Part shown: piece after piece, positions 9,734-19,121 of the stretch
Numbering within the stretch: position 1 is the stretch's first letter
Layout of the letters: the number at the start of each line of letters is the position of its first letter
Notes under the pieces: generated by a model
Told to the model about the DNA's origin: nothing
Databases searched by the model: none
What the model saw: only the letters and a program-made list of their open reading frames with translations
Program-made: the position numbers and the translations under genes
DNA from: an uncultured virus (IMG/VR IMGVR_UViG_3300035670_000104)
Taxonomy: Duplodnaviria; Heunggongvirae; Uroviricota; Caudoviricetes
IMG/VR virus record: IMGVR_UViG_3300035670_000104
DNA: 64,000 nucleotides
Direction: 5' to 3' (one strand)

Positions 9734-10429
9734 ATGAGTGGACGAAGACCGACACTATTAAAAGATGAGACAGGAAAGGTATATGGAAAGTGGACAGTCC
9801 TTCATCTAGACGAAGAATCTGATGTTAATACAAGGCATTGGGTCTGTAGATGTGAGTGCGGTACGGTTAAATCTGTTAGAGGACAAAGTTTAAGGGAGGG
9901 GAAAAACACTCAGTGCAAGGCATGCTGTTCAAAAGAACGTGCAGCGGCAAATGTAAAACACGGGGCACTGATTAAAGGAAAAGACAGGAAAACATTCTAT
10001 TCCTATGAAGCAATGTTAGCGAGATGTTTTAGAGAGGATAACCTCAACTATGAGAACTACGGGGGTCGTGGAATAACAGTATGTGCCAGGTGGATGGAAG
10101 ATGGTGGGAAAGGATATTTAAATTTTCACGAAGATATGGGAGAGCGCCCTAACAAACATGTTTTAGATCGAATAGATCCAAACAAAAATTATGAGCCCGA
10201 TAATTGCAGATGGGTTACTGGCTCTGAAAGTTCTTACAATAGGAGACGGTCCAAAAATAATCTATCGGGACGTACTGGGGTTACGTGGAACAAAGCCAGA
10301 GAATTGTGGTTAGCTACAATTTATATTAACTACAAAACAATTCAACTAGGGGCTTTTGATAGTTTTGAAGATGCTGTGAAAGCCAGGGAAGAAGCAGAGA
10401 TGAATTATTGGGGTTACACTAAAGAATGA
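9734..10429 (+). CDS. HNH/AP2 homing endonuclease
   Basis: CRCECG, YGGRGITVC, LDRIDP..NCRW, AP2-like tail. Confidence 0.9.
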   Translation: MSGRRPTLLKDETGKVYGKWTVLHLDEESDVNTRHWVCRCECGTVKSVRGQSLREGKNTQCKACCSKERAAANVKHGALIKGKDRKTFYSYEAMLARCFREDNLNYENYGGRGITVCARWMEDGGKGYLNFHEDMGERPNKHVLDRIDPNKNYEPDNCRWVTGSESSYNRRRSKNNLSGRTGVTWNKARELWLATIYINYKTIQLGAFDSFEDAVKAREEAEMNYWGYTKE

Positions 10430-10695
10430 AAGGAAATAATATGTCAAAAGACGGGATTGCCAAAATCCAAAACGTAGGGCAAGATGCTTCTGGTCAAACA
10501 GTGATCTACGTTCAAGGCACAAGTTCAGAAATTGCTGACACGAAGTTTTCAATGAAGATTCCAGATGGACCTTATGCTTTCTATAATCTGGAGGTAGCTA
10601 AGAAGCTAAAAGGTATGCAAGTAATTTTCACTTACTTGTCCACAAACGATGTTCGTGTGCCGCGTAGCATTACGTTTAAATCTGTGGTAGAGTAA
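10426..10695 (+). CDS. stand-alone DNA-ligase OB-fold-like protein
   Basis: Aligns by eye to the C-terminal ~85 aa of the ligase at 8247-9353. Confidence 0.55.
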   Translation: MKGNNMSKDGIAKIQNVGQDASGQTVIYVQGTSSEIADTKFSMKIPDGPYAFYNLEVAKKLKGMQVIFTYLSTNDVRVPRSITFKSVVE

Positions 10696-10735
10696 TTAGT
10701 CTAGTAGACTAATTTGTTTAATAAAGGAGAGAAGT

Positions 10736-10903
10736 ATGTTGGATGAACTACTGATTAAGAAGTATGATTTGAAGAATCGGCTAGCACTTCTAAATTCTGA
10801 GTGGAAAGAACTCGAAGATGACCTTCGTTGGTTAAAAGAGGATTACGAAGAGCTTGAAGAAGAACTGGCCCGCGTTGAGCAAGAAATTCAGGAGGAAATG
10901 TAA
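10736..10903 (+). CDS. small acidic coiled-coil protein
   Basis: AGGAG RBS; 55 aa, below ORF-track cutoff. Confidence 0.6.
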   Translation: MLDELLIKKYDLKNRLALLNSEWKELEDDLRWLKEDYEELEEELARVEQEIQEEM

Positions 10904-11196
10904 TGGCTAAAGTTTGGAAGAAGCTTACGGTAACTTTGACAAAAGAAATGACAGTAGGTGTAGATGAAGAGTGTCTGACGCCAGAGGCTCTGGAGTTGTT
11001 CTCCAATCATTTTTGGAGAGTCAGCGACCCAGATGAAATCTTTGATACAATCGGTGATCAGTATGTACGTAATGGTGCTAATTTCATCGAAGGTGTGGGT
11101 AAGGTTTCCAGTTGGAATCCAGAAATGCCTATCCAGATTATTGATGATTTCGAGGACACAGAAGTAGAGATTGCAGACGCTAAGGAGGAAATGTGA
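10903..11196 (+). CDS. hypothetical protein
   Basis: Coupled ORF. Confidence 0.6.
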   Translation: MAKVWKKLTVTLTKEMTVGVDEECLTPEALELFSNHFWRVSDPDEIFDTIGDQYVRNGANFIEGVGKVSSWNPEMPIQIIDDFEDTEVEIADAKEEM

Positions 11197-11324
11197 TGTA
11201 CGAGTTTGAGAAGGCTAAGATTAAGCAATCAATTGGTGTTGATGTCTATGACATGCTGAAAGACTTGAAGTGTGTTCTGGCAGGTGGAGCTATCACTTCT
11301 ATCTTTACAGGGAAAGAAGTCTAG
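11196..11324 (+). pseudogene. 42-aa N-terminal stub of a nucleotidyltransferase
   Basis: MYEFEKAK..CVLAGGAITSIFTGKEV* ends just before the expected DxD. Confidence 0.7.
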
Positions 11325-11327
11325 ATA

Positions 11328-12017
11328 ATGTCTAAGAGAGATATTGATGTAACAGGTCAAATCTTTTCTAGACTGACTGTAGTGGGAAGGGGTGCGCCAT
11401 ATTTCCCTCCGAGCGGACAAAAACCTATCCCAAGATGGATTTGTAATTGTGAATGTGGTAATACTGTAGAGGTTGGAATCTATCAACTCCTGTCTAAGCA
11501 CACTGAATCTTGTGGTTGTTTGCGAAAAGAGATTGCAGATAAAAATAGGACTAAGCATGGGATGAAGCATTCACGAATTTATAACATCCATCAGAATATG
11601 TTGGCTAGGTGCAATAGAAAGAGCCTTCCTGCTTACGAGGATTACGGAGCTAGAGGAATAACTGTGTGCGATAGGTGGATGGAAGAGGCCCCAAGTGGAT
11701 TTCTAAATTTCTTAGAAGATATGGGCGAGCCTACGAATGACTCATTAGAACTTGATAGAATTGATAACGAAAAAGGGTACTGCAAAGAAAATTGTAGGTG
11801 GACAAATAGGACAGAACAGTGCTATAACCAACGAAAGAGGAAAGACAACAAAACAGGGCGAACAGGAGTTTCTTGGAAAGAGTCTATAAATAAGTATCAA
11901 GTAGTTATTTCAAAAGATGGTAAGAACATCTATCTCGGGGTATACTCAAGCTTTGAACAAGCGTGTAAAGTGAGAGAAGAGGCTGAGATAGGTCTGTACG
12001 GATACGTAAAGGAGTAG
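11328..12017 (+). CDS. HNH/AP2 homing endonuclease
   Basis: CNCECG, SCGC, YGARGITVC, LDRIDN..ENCRW, AP2-like tail. Confidence 0.9.
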   Translation: MSKRDIDVTGQIFSRLTVVGRGAPYFPPSGQKPIPRWICNCECGNTVEVGIYQLLSKHTESCGCLRKEIADKNRTKHGMKHSRIYNIHQNMLARCNRKSLPAYEDYGARGITVCDRWMEEAPSGFLNFLEDMGEPTNDSLELDRIDNEKGYCKENCRWTNRTEQCYNQRKRKDNKTGRTGVSWKESINKYQVVISKDGKNIYLGVYSSFEQACKVREEAEIGLYGYVKE

Positions 12018-12020
12018 AAA

Positions 12021-12593
12021 ATGGAAACTATCGAAAATCAAAAGCGTGTAGCTAAGAAAATTCTGGAAAAGCTGTCTATCATTGATCCGTATGCCATTCT
12101 TGCTGGAGGTGCTCCTCGTGATTGGTATTTCAACGAAGAAGCTAAAGACCTGGATTTCTACTACTACACGCAAGAGCGTACAATGGGTGCAAGTAGTAAA
12201 CAACTGGAATTCTTCTTCCCCAAGGTTATTCCTTCTTTGCAAGGAGATGGTGATTGGAAGCTATACGAACATATGCCTGGATTGAAGCGTGTTTGGAATA
12301 CAACAATTGAAGGCATCCCTGTTCAATTCATTCAGATGGATTCAGAGGAAGCTCGGAGAAACGTTGTAGAGAACATGGACGTATCTATTTGCAAGATTTC
12401 AATGAATCGTTTTGAGACAACTTTGCACAAGGATTTCAAATTGACAGTTGGAAGCGGTAAAATGTTTTTGAAGGAAGGATATTCTTGGAACGACCCTCAC
12501 CCTACAAAAATGATTGAGAAGTACAAAGAAAAGTTCGGGACAACGTATTCTCGTGAAAGTGCAGTGGACTGGATGATTGCTAAAGTGGTTTAA
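12021..12593 (+). CDS. polyA-polymerase/CCA-type nucleotidyltransferase head-domain protein
   Basis: LAGGAPRD..KDLDF motif; MDVSICK. Confidence 0.75.
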   Translation: METIENQKRVAKKILEKLSIIDPYAILAGGAPRDWYFNEEAKDLDFYYYTQERTMGASSKQLEFFFPKVIPSLQGDGDWKLYEHMPGLKRVWNTTIEGIPVQFIQMDSEEARRNVVENMDVSICKISMNRFETTLHKDFKLTVGSGKMFLKEGYSWNDPHPTKMIEKYKEKFGTTYSRESAVDWMIAKVV

Positions 12594-12594
12594 T

Positions 12595-12918
12595 ATGTAC
12601 TACACAGAACTTCCTGAACTAGATGCTGCAAGATGGGAGGATAGTTTGGAAGCTCAACAAGACTTGTTTGAAAAGCTTTGTGAACAGAAAGCTACACTCC
12701 CTGAATACGACCCATTTACAATGGAACATTTGTACGAGTCTTTGTGCTACACTACAAAGGAACAAGACAAGAAAGTAGAAGAAGCTATGAGAGCTTTTGA
12801 TAAGTCAAATAGTCTTGAAGATGCTTTCTTGTTAGCTTCTTTGTTAATTGGGTTGACAACATCTCTTCAAAACAATAGAATTGAAGAAGATGTGATTAAA
12901 GAAATGAAAGGAATGTAA
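12595..12918 (+). CDS. hypothetical protein
   Basis: ORF in operon. Confidence 0.55.
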   Translation: MYYTELPELDAARWEDSLEAQQDLFEKLCEQKATLPEYDPFTMEHLYESLCYTTKEQDKKVEEAMRAFDKSNSLEDAFLLASLLIGLTTSLQNNRIEEDVIKEMKGM

Positions 12919-14015
12919 TGGAGGTAATTAAGTTCTTGCAGAGTAATGCAAATGATTTTTCAAAACTAACTCTAGCTTTTGGTATCAAAGTCAAAGACTA
13001 TCCAGAACAAGGGATTGTGGTACTAAATTACGACCAGATTGAAAGCCCTAAAATGGACCCTGTTGTCGTAGAGTGTCGTGGCCTTATTCTGGATTACAAT
13101 CTTAACGTACTCTGCCGACCTTTTGATCGCTTCTTCAACTACGGAGAAGCTTTTACAGATAAGATGGATTTGACAGGTTACACTTACCAACCCAAACTCG
13201 ATGGTAGCCTTATTAAAGTTTACTGGCTGGGTGGTAGTTGGCGCATTGCAACCCGTGGTACAGCATTTGCAGAATCAGATGTTGGTGGATGGGGTATCAC
13301 CTTTGAAGAATTAACTCTTCGTGCTCTAGGCTTCGATTCTTTGGTTATGTTTAGTGAAGCAATGGAAGACGAGGGTATGCCTCACCACTACACGTGCCTT
13401 CTAGAGCTTACAGCAATGGAGAACAGGGTTGTAACATACTATTCAGAACCATCTGTCACACTATTGGCTGTAAGAAACAACCAATCAGGTGATTACGCCC
13501 CTGCTGAAAACTATGCTACATACTTTTGGAAAACAAACAGCGTAGTGTCTGGGTTGACCATTGAAGACATCATTCAAAAGGCAGACAGTTTGAAAAACCT
13601 TGAAGAAGGATTTGTAGGATATGACCAACAGGGTGTCCCTCGAATCAAGATCAAATCTGCTGCCTATGTGGCTGTCCACCACATCCGAGGAGAAGGATTG
13701 AATCCAAAACGGGTTGCAGAACTTGTGATTTCCGGAGAGGAAGAGGAATATTTGACCTACTTCCCAGAAGATCGTGATACAATCCTGCCATACTCGAATT
13801 CTTTGAGTAAACTTATCTCTGAGTTAGAAGTGGCTATGTTTAAAAACCACAAGATTAAAGATCAAAAAGAATTTGCATTAGCTATTAAAGATGTGTATAG
13901 TAAGTCTGTATTGTTTACCGCACGAAAGTTGAATATTCCGGTTGCAGAGGCATTTCATGGTGGTACAATGCAGGCTAAGGTAAAAGCATTGTTAGGTTAT
14001 TCACAAAGGAGTTAA
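12918..14015 (+). CDS. RNA ligase 1 (T4 Rnl1-like)
   Basis: ECRGLI, RPFDRFFN, KLDGSL, EGFV, RIKIKS. Confidence 0.9.
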   Translation: MEVIKFLQSNANDFSKLTLAFGIKVKDYPEQGIVVLNYDQIESPKMDPVVVECRGLILDYNLNVLCRPFDRFFNYGEAFTDKMDLTGYTYQPKLDGSLIKVYWLGGSWRIATRGTAFAESDVGGWGITFEELTLRALGFDSLVMFSEAMEDEGMPHHYTCLLELTAMENRVVTYYSEPSVTLLAVRNNQSGDYAPAENYATYFWKTNSVVSGLTIEDIIQKADSLKNLEEGFVGYDQQGVPRIKIKSAAYVAVHHIRGEGLNPKRVAELVISGEEEEYLTYFPEDRDTILPYSNSLSKLISELEVAMFKNHKIKDQKEFALAIKDVYSKSVLFTARKLNIPVAEAFHGGTMQAKVKALLGYSQRS

Positions 14016-14016
14016 A

Positions 14017-14496
14017 ATGAAGGCTGAGATTTTGATCGGTGTATCCGCCAGCGGAAAGACAACTTATGCAACAATGCTTGAGGGATACACAACTATCTCT
14101 CGTGATGACATTCGTTTTGGTATTGTTGCTAAGGGTAAGAACTGGACTAACTACAAGTTCTCTAAGGAGAATGAGAACAAGGTCACAGAGATTCAACAAC
14201 AAATGATTGAAGATTGTGCCAAGCACGGAGAGAATGTCGTTATTGCTGATACAAATCTCAACCCTTCTGTCCGTCAAAAGGTGGTGGAAAAGCTTCGTGC
14301 TTGTGGCTATGAGGTTAGCTTTGTAATGTTCCAAGTCAGTAAAGCCGATTGCATTGAGCGAGATTCTTACCGTGGTGCATTCTCTGTTGGGGAAGATGTT
14401 ATTGAAAAGCAATGGGAGAATTGGGAACGTACTGTACGAGGAATGAAGTCGGAGAAGAAGCGACTTGGTGTGAACGTTGTTTATTTGGAGAATTAA
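14017..14496 (+). CDS. polynucleotide kinase (kinase domain)
   Basis: GVSASGKTT, SRDDIR, IADTNL, CIERD..R. Confidence 0.85.
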   Translation: MKAEILIGVSASGKTTYATMLEGYTTISRDDIRFGIVAKGKNWTNYKFSKENENKVTEIQQQMIEDCAKHGENVVIADTNLNPSVRQKVVEKLRACGYEVSFVMFQVSKADCIERDSYRGAFSVGEDVIEKQWENWERTVRGMKSEKKRLGVNVVYLEN

Positions 14497-14497
14497 A

Positions 14498-15076
14498 ATG
14501 AGTAAAATCTGGGTAACGAGTGATCTTCACATTAGTCATAGGAAAATCTGTGAATACACCGACCGTAAGCTGGTGGTATCTCAAGACCTGCACGACCAAT
14601 GGCTTATTGATCTTTGGAATTCACAAGTTAGCAAGAACGACACTGTTATTCAATGCGGAGACTTTGTTTTCAATTGTCGTGATTTCAATAAGTGGCAATC
14701 TGTTGTAAATCAACTGAATGGAAAGATTATTCACATTGCTGGCAATCACGATTCACACGAAGTTCTGCGTAAGTCTAGACATGAGTGGTATGACCTGAAG
14801 ACAAAGACATTCTCTGTCGGAGGTGTTAAACGACAGTTTGTATTCTGTCACTACGCTATGAGAGTGTGGCAAAATAGTCACCACGGTAGTATTCATTGCT
14901 TCGGACACAGCCATGGAGGGATCAAGGAGCAACACGGAAAGAGCCTTGATGTTGGGCTAGACAGCAGCTATAATTACTTTGGAAAACACAAGTTTTTCTC
15001 TTTGGAGGAGATTGTAGAAATTGCTGACCGACAGGGTGTTGCAACAGTAGATCATCACACAGAAAGGACACAATAA
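14498..15076 (+). CDS. calcineurin-like phosphoesterase
   Basis: SDLH, GD, GNHD, HY, GHSH. Confidence 0.88.
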   Translation: MSKIWVTSDLHISHRKICEYTDRKLVVSQDLHDQWLIDLWNSQVSKNDTVIQCGDFVFNCRDFNKWQSVVNQLNGKIIHIAGNHDSHEVLRKSRHEWYDLKTKTFSVGGVKRQFVFCHYAMRVWQNSHHGSIHCFGHSHGGIKEQHGKSLDVGLDSSYNYFGKHKFFSLEEIVEIADRQGVATVDHHTERTQ

Positions 15077-15231
15077 TGAACAAACACAAACAACGAGGAT
15101 ATTTACCAGACTTAACATCATTCTTTATTTTCTTGATTCTTGCAGGAGTGGTGATTGGTGTGGTATTATCTTTTGGTGTCCCATTCCTATGGGAACTCAT
15201 CAAGCCACTTATTCACGCAGCGACAGCATGA
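15076..15231 (+). CDS. small membrane protein
   Basis: AGGA RBS; 51 aa with TM helix. Confidence 0.5.
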   Translation: MNKHKQRGYLPDLTSFFIFLILAGVVIGVVLSFGVPFLWELIKPLIHAATA

Positions 15232-15399
15232 CTTGGTTCTTTTTCTTTGTTTTCTCCATAACTGCACTAAACAGTATTATAATCTGGGGACTGCTAAAGA
15301 AAGCTGGATTTGAAGACACAAATATACTTCTTGTATCTGGGTTGTGCTTGCTTTCAGCTTGTTTGATGTATAATTCTGCTACAGGAGGAAATCAGAAAA

Positions 15400-16110
15400 A
15401 TGTATTTGAAATACGACAAGAACACACAAGGAACTGACTACTGTGTAGGTGATTTGCACGGTTGTATCGATCGTCTGTATGACTTTCTTGCAGCGTTAGA
15501 TTTCAATCCTAAGAAAGATCGTCTGTTCTCAGTGGGCGACCTAGTTGACAGAGGCCCAGACTCGGAACAAATCCTTTCGTTGCTGGAAGAAGATTGGTTT
15601 CACCCCGTCCTAGGCAACCACGAACAGATGGTGATTGAGGCTTACGAAGATGTTGCTGGAAGTGCAGAAGATTGCCTATTCCAGAACGGTGGTGCTTGGT
15701 GGTTTGGGCAACCACAGTCTTTTCAAGACGAAGTTGCTTGGGCTTTCCGTTCTTTGCCAGTAATGATTGAAGTTCCTGTAGGGGATAAAACATTTGGTAT
15801 CATCCACTCTGATGTACTAGGAAATAGCTGGACTACGACCAGAGAAGAGTTGTGCTATAATAACTACTCCACAAAGAACTATGTCCTGTGGAACAGAGCA
15901 CGACAAATGGATGAGTGGGTGAGTGTAGTGGAAGATGTAGATTGTCTACTTGTTGGGCATACACCAGTAGAACATGCTGCAATGCTTGGAAATGTGGTAA
16001 ACTTGGATACAGGTGCTGTGTTTAAAGGTAAGTTTCCTGAGCACGAAGATGGGCTAACTATTTTAAACATGAATGACTTTGAATTTTACAAGGAGAGTGA
16101 TTATGTCTAA
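15400..16110 (+). CDS. Ser/Thr protein phosphatase (PphA/NinI-like)
   Basis: GDLHG, GDLVDRG, GNHE, GHTP, DTGA. Confidence 0.9.
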   Translation: MYLKYDKNTQGTDYCVGDLHGCIDRLYDFLAALDFNPKKDRLFSVGDLVDRGPDSEQILSLLEEDWFHPVLGNHEQMVIEAYEDVAGSAEDCLFQNGGAWWFGQPQSFQDEVAWAFRSLPVMIEVPVGDKTFGIIHSDVLGNSWTTTREELCYNNYSTKNYVLWNRARQMDEWVSVVEDVDCLLVGHTPVEHAAMLGNVVNLDTGAVFKGKFPEHEDGLTILNMNDFEFYKESDYV

Positions 16111-16495
16111 CCAAATCAATATGTCTAACATGCAAGCTAAGAAAATTGTTGTGCAAGGAAAGAAAGGAAGCTATAGTATTCCTGTGAAGGCGCTGATGTT
16201 ATCTAAAGTAAAGCAACAGTATTTATACGAGGAGTATTGGAAGTAATGGAACTACTATCCCTCATCCTAAGCTCTTTCTGGGCTTTTGTAGGAACAATTA
16301 TCCTGATCTACGCCATTGGTGATTCCATTGGCTACATCGTAAAACAATTTAAGAAGGAAACTAAATAATGAACTGCTCTACTTGGAATGCTATGGTGAAT
16401 TCTGCTGAAATCGACTTCGACACATATACATTGGCAGATGCTATTGACTATGCTGAATTCATTGAAGATGTTAATAGTTGGGAAGAGGAGGACTA

Positions 16496-17257
16496 ATGAA
16501 AATTCTTGTAGGCAGTAGTGCTGCTAAAGTACATCTGCCATTTTTACGAGAAGCAAAAGACATAGACGCATGGTGTAGAGAGAAAATTTTGGGTGTAGAT
16601 TATTCAGTGATGCCTCCTGAAATCTTTAGACTAATGGAACACGATAGTCTGGTGAATAGGTGTGCATCTTTGAACGACCTGCTTACAATCAAACTATCTC
16701 ACCTACCTTACGACATCTTTTGGCACAAGCACTTAAATGACTATCTTGTTTTTAAGAAGCATGGTGCTACGGTAAACAAAAAGTTGTACGAGTATTTACA
16801 GGAATATTGGAAAGAGGTTCATGGAAATAAGACAAACCTATCTCTTTACAAAACAAAGGATGTGTTTTTCGATGACTTTGTGAAGAAAGAGTACGATCAC
16901 GACTACTTACATGAGCTTGTTGCTTTTCCGCACAACCCGGTATACTCTGTGTGCCTTAAAGACGGACAAGATGTTATGATTGACAAGGAAAAATTCTTTT
17001 CTCTGCCTTTTGAACAACAAGTCAAAATGTTTAGGGAAGAAGTTAATGTAATTGCTTGTGAACGGTGGTTGATTCCAACAAGGGACACGAGTAAAATTAC
17101 TTTCCGAGAGGCTTACTCAAAGTCTCTGCACAAGACGGTGACAGCTCTGACTAAAGGATGGGCTTCAAGGTTTATGTGTGAAAATATTGAGTTGTTCCTC
17201 AAACCAAACCGCAAGGAAGTGGAACATTTGTTTTGTGTTGTAGGTATTAATGTTTAA
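16496..17257 (+). CDS. putative nucleotidyltransferase-fold protein
   Basis: ILVGS..KDID N-terminal motif; HDYLHE. Confidence 0.55.
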   Translation: MKILVGSSAAKVHLPFLREAKDIDAWCREKILGVDYSVMPPEIFRLMEHDSLVNRCASLNDLLTIKLSHLPYDIFWHKHLNDYLVFKKHGATVNKKLYEYLQEYWKEVHGNKTNLSLYKTKDVFFDDFVKKEYDHDYLHELVAFPHNPVYSVCLKDGQDVMIDKEKFFSLPFEQQVKMFREEVNVIACERWLIPTRDTSKITFREAYSKSLHKTVTALTKGWASRFMCENIELFLKPNRKEVEHLFCVVGINV

Positions 17258-17268
17258 AGGAGAAAATT

Positions 17269-17613
17269 ATGGCAAAGCGTATTGGTAGTATTGAGCAATT
17301 TCTGGAAGATGTGGTTCGTGGGGTACAACGTAAGAGTTGGATACCGGAGGAAGGTAGTCCTGTAGAAGACACCTGTGAGTTCCTTATGGGCTTCGAGGAT
17401 GGCGATTATGTCATGAACGGTGTTGACATGAAGCATATTGAACAAGACGGTGGTGGAGAAGGTGGCGCCGAACATTGTGAGACTGTGGTTCAAGTTGGTG
17501 AGAAATATTACAAGATTGTATATTCTTACTATTCCTATGACGGTTATAACTACGATCATGCAGATGTGTATGAAGTAGTCCCTGCTGAACGTCTAGTAAC
17601 TTTCTACAAGTGA
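17269..17613 (+). CDS. hypothetical phage protein
   Basis: AGGAG RBS; GGEGG and YYSYDG. Confidence 0.7.
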   Translation: MAKRIGSIEQFLEDVVRGVQRKSWIPEEGSPVEDTCEFLMGFEDGDYVMNGVDMKHIEQDGGGEGGAEHCETVVQVGEKYYKIVYSYYSYDGYNYDHADVYEVVPAERLVTFYK

Positions 17614-17620
17614 GGACTAA

Positions 17621-17887
17621 ATGCAATTTACCTATGAAGAAGCCTTGAAAGAGGTGATGTTGTTTGTTGACAGCAATACCAGTGCTTAGAATAGCTACAA
17701 GATGTCTTGTGTAATGGCTGTTCTCCTTGAAGGCGATACCTCTCTAGAAGAAGAGCGTGAAAATATCTATCAAGACGGGTACGATGATGGATACAGTCGA
17801 GGTCTTCGGGATGTAGACGAAGCTGCTGAAGATGCCTATCAAGAAGGCTATGAGGCTGGACTAGCTCAAGCACACAACAACGAATAA
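17621..17887 (+). pseudogene. ORF interrupted by in-frame TAG at 17687-17689
   Basis: GAGGA RBS and ATG 17621 in frame with ORF 17702-17887. Confidence 0.5.
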
Positions 17888-17894
17888 TAAACAC

Positions 17895-17939
17895 AAGCTC
17901 CTGTCAAGAATTGTCTTGCGGGAGCTTTTCGTTTATAAT
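17895..17939 (+). promoter_or_regulatory. terminator overlapping sigma70-type promoter
   Basis: AAGCTCC/GGAGCTT stem + T-run; TTGTCT-17 nt-TATAAT. Confidence 0.7.
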
Positions 17940-17960
17940 TTGGTTTTGAATAAAGGAGAA

Positions 17961-18311
17961 ATGATGATTTCACAAATTAAGGTGCAAGAGATTCCTAACT
18001 TCGTTGAGAAGTTAAAAGATGCACTACAAGCTAACAGGGATGAGTTGTCATATATTGAATACAAAGTGTGGAAACGTCACAACAGACTGGAGTTGCTTTG
18101 GAACAAATATTTTGGGAACTACATTGAAGCAACGGTGGATAGTGTAGAATATGCAGCAGCTAATAGCCTGTGGGCTGTGGCGCAGAGATACTACTTAGAA
18201 CAAGATATTAAGGAGCAAGAGAATCTGTTGATGAGATTGGAATATGCCTTAGCAACAGATTCTTTCATAATGCTCGAAGATAGTGATTACGAATTACTAG
18301 AAAGGGACTAG
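17961..18311 (+). CDS. hypothetical protein
   Basis: AGGAG RBS. Confidence 0.65.
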   Translation: MMISQIKVQEIPNFVEKLKDALQANRDELSYIEYKVWKRHNRLELLWNKYFGNYIEATVDSVEYAAANSLWAVAQRYYLEQDIKEQENLLMRLEYALATDSFIMLEDSDYELLERD

Positions 18312-18695
18312 AACAATGTTTGATAAGCACACTCTGCCCTATGGATGGGAAGTTAAAGATGAACAAAAGTATTTGGTGTTTGTGGAACAACGGTTTGGAA
18401 CTCATATTTGCAGGGAACACTTAGATGAGCTTTATGAGTATAGTCTAAGAAATTCTTGGAAGATTCTTACGGGTTCGACAACAGAGGTTGTATTGAGGAA
18501 GGTAGATTGAAGTGAGTGTTGAGCTACAAGCAGGGTACAGTTATTGTCGTAAAGGACATGAGCTATACATTAAGAGTCCTCAAGGTAAGGAAGTTGTGAA
18601 GTGTGTTATGGCTTCTATTGCTGATGAGCGTGTTAGACAATTCATGCTCAGTTTGACAGAAGGACAATTGAAAGACATGTTTAAAGGGAAGTGGA

Positions 18696-18944
18696 ATGAG
18701 TAAAGTAATTATTGATTTGAATGAGTTTGTACATCTCAAAGGAGAATCTGTGTACAACCATAACTACTACAAACATAAAGAGTTTGGCTACACTATTCTG
18801 ATAGAATGTAGTGAAGAGTTTCAAACACTACATTTCTATAAAGTTGAAAGTGGTGGAAGGGTGTTCCTGTTCTCATGCCAGTGTTTCACAGGGTATGAGG
18901 AAGAGGATGTCTATGAAGGTGATCTTGGATTCTTTTGGAGTTGA
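18696..18944 (+). CDS. hypothetical protein
   Basis: Coupled ORF in run of small genes 18316-18944. Confidence 0.55.
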   Translation: MSKVIIDLNEFVHLKGESVYNHNYYKHKEFGYTILIECSEEFQTLHFYKVESGGRVFLFSCQCFTGYEEEDVYEGDLGFFWS

Positions 18945-19121
18945 TCATGAATGATATTCAGAAACAAGTGTTAGAATACATGAAGACTGTTTGCGACCAA
19001 GAAGATGTATATTTCCTTGAAGCTTGGAAAGCCGTGGAGCTATATGTTCTGGATGCACTGAGTGATTAAAAACAAGCCTCTTTAACAGGAGGCTATTTGT
19101 GTTTATTGAAAGGAGTAGAGA

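Noticed and set aside
11322..17689. Genome-wide TAG (or TGA) reassignment
   Set aside because: Long genes are uninterrupted in code 11, and TAG cleanly ends genes at 18311, 39841, 55377 and 60119 with out-of-frame successors.
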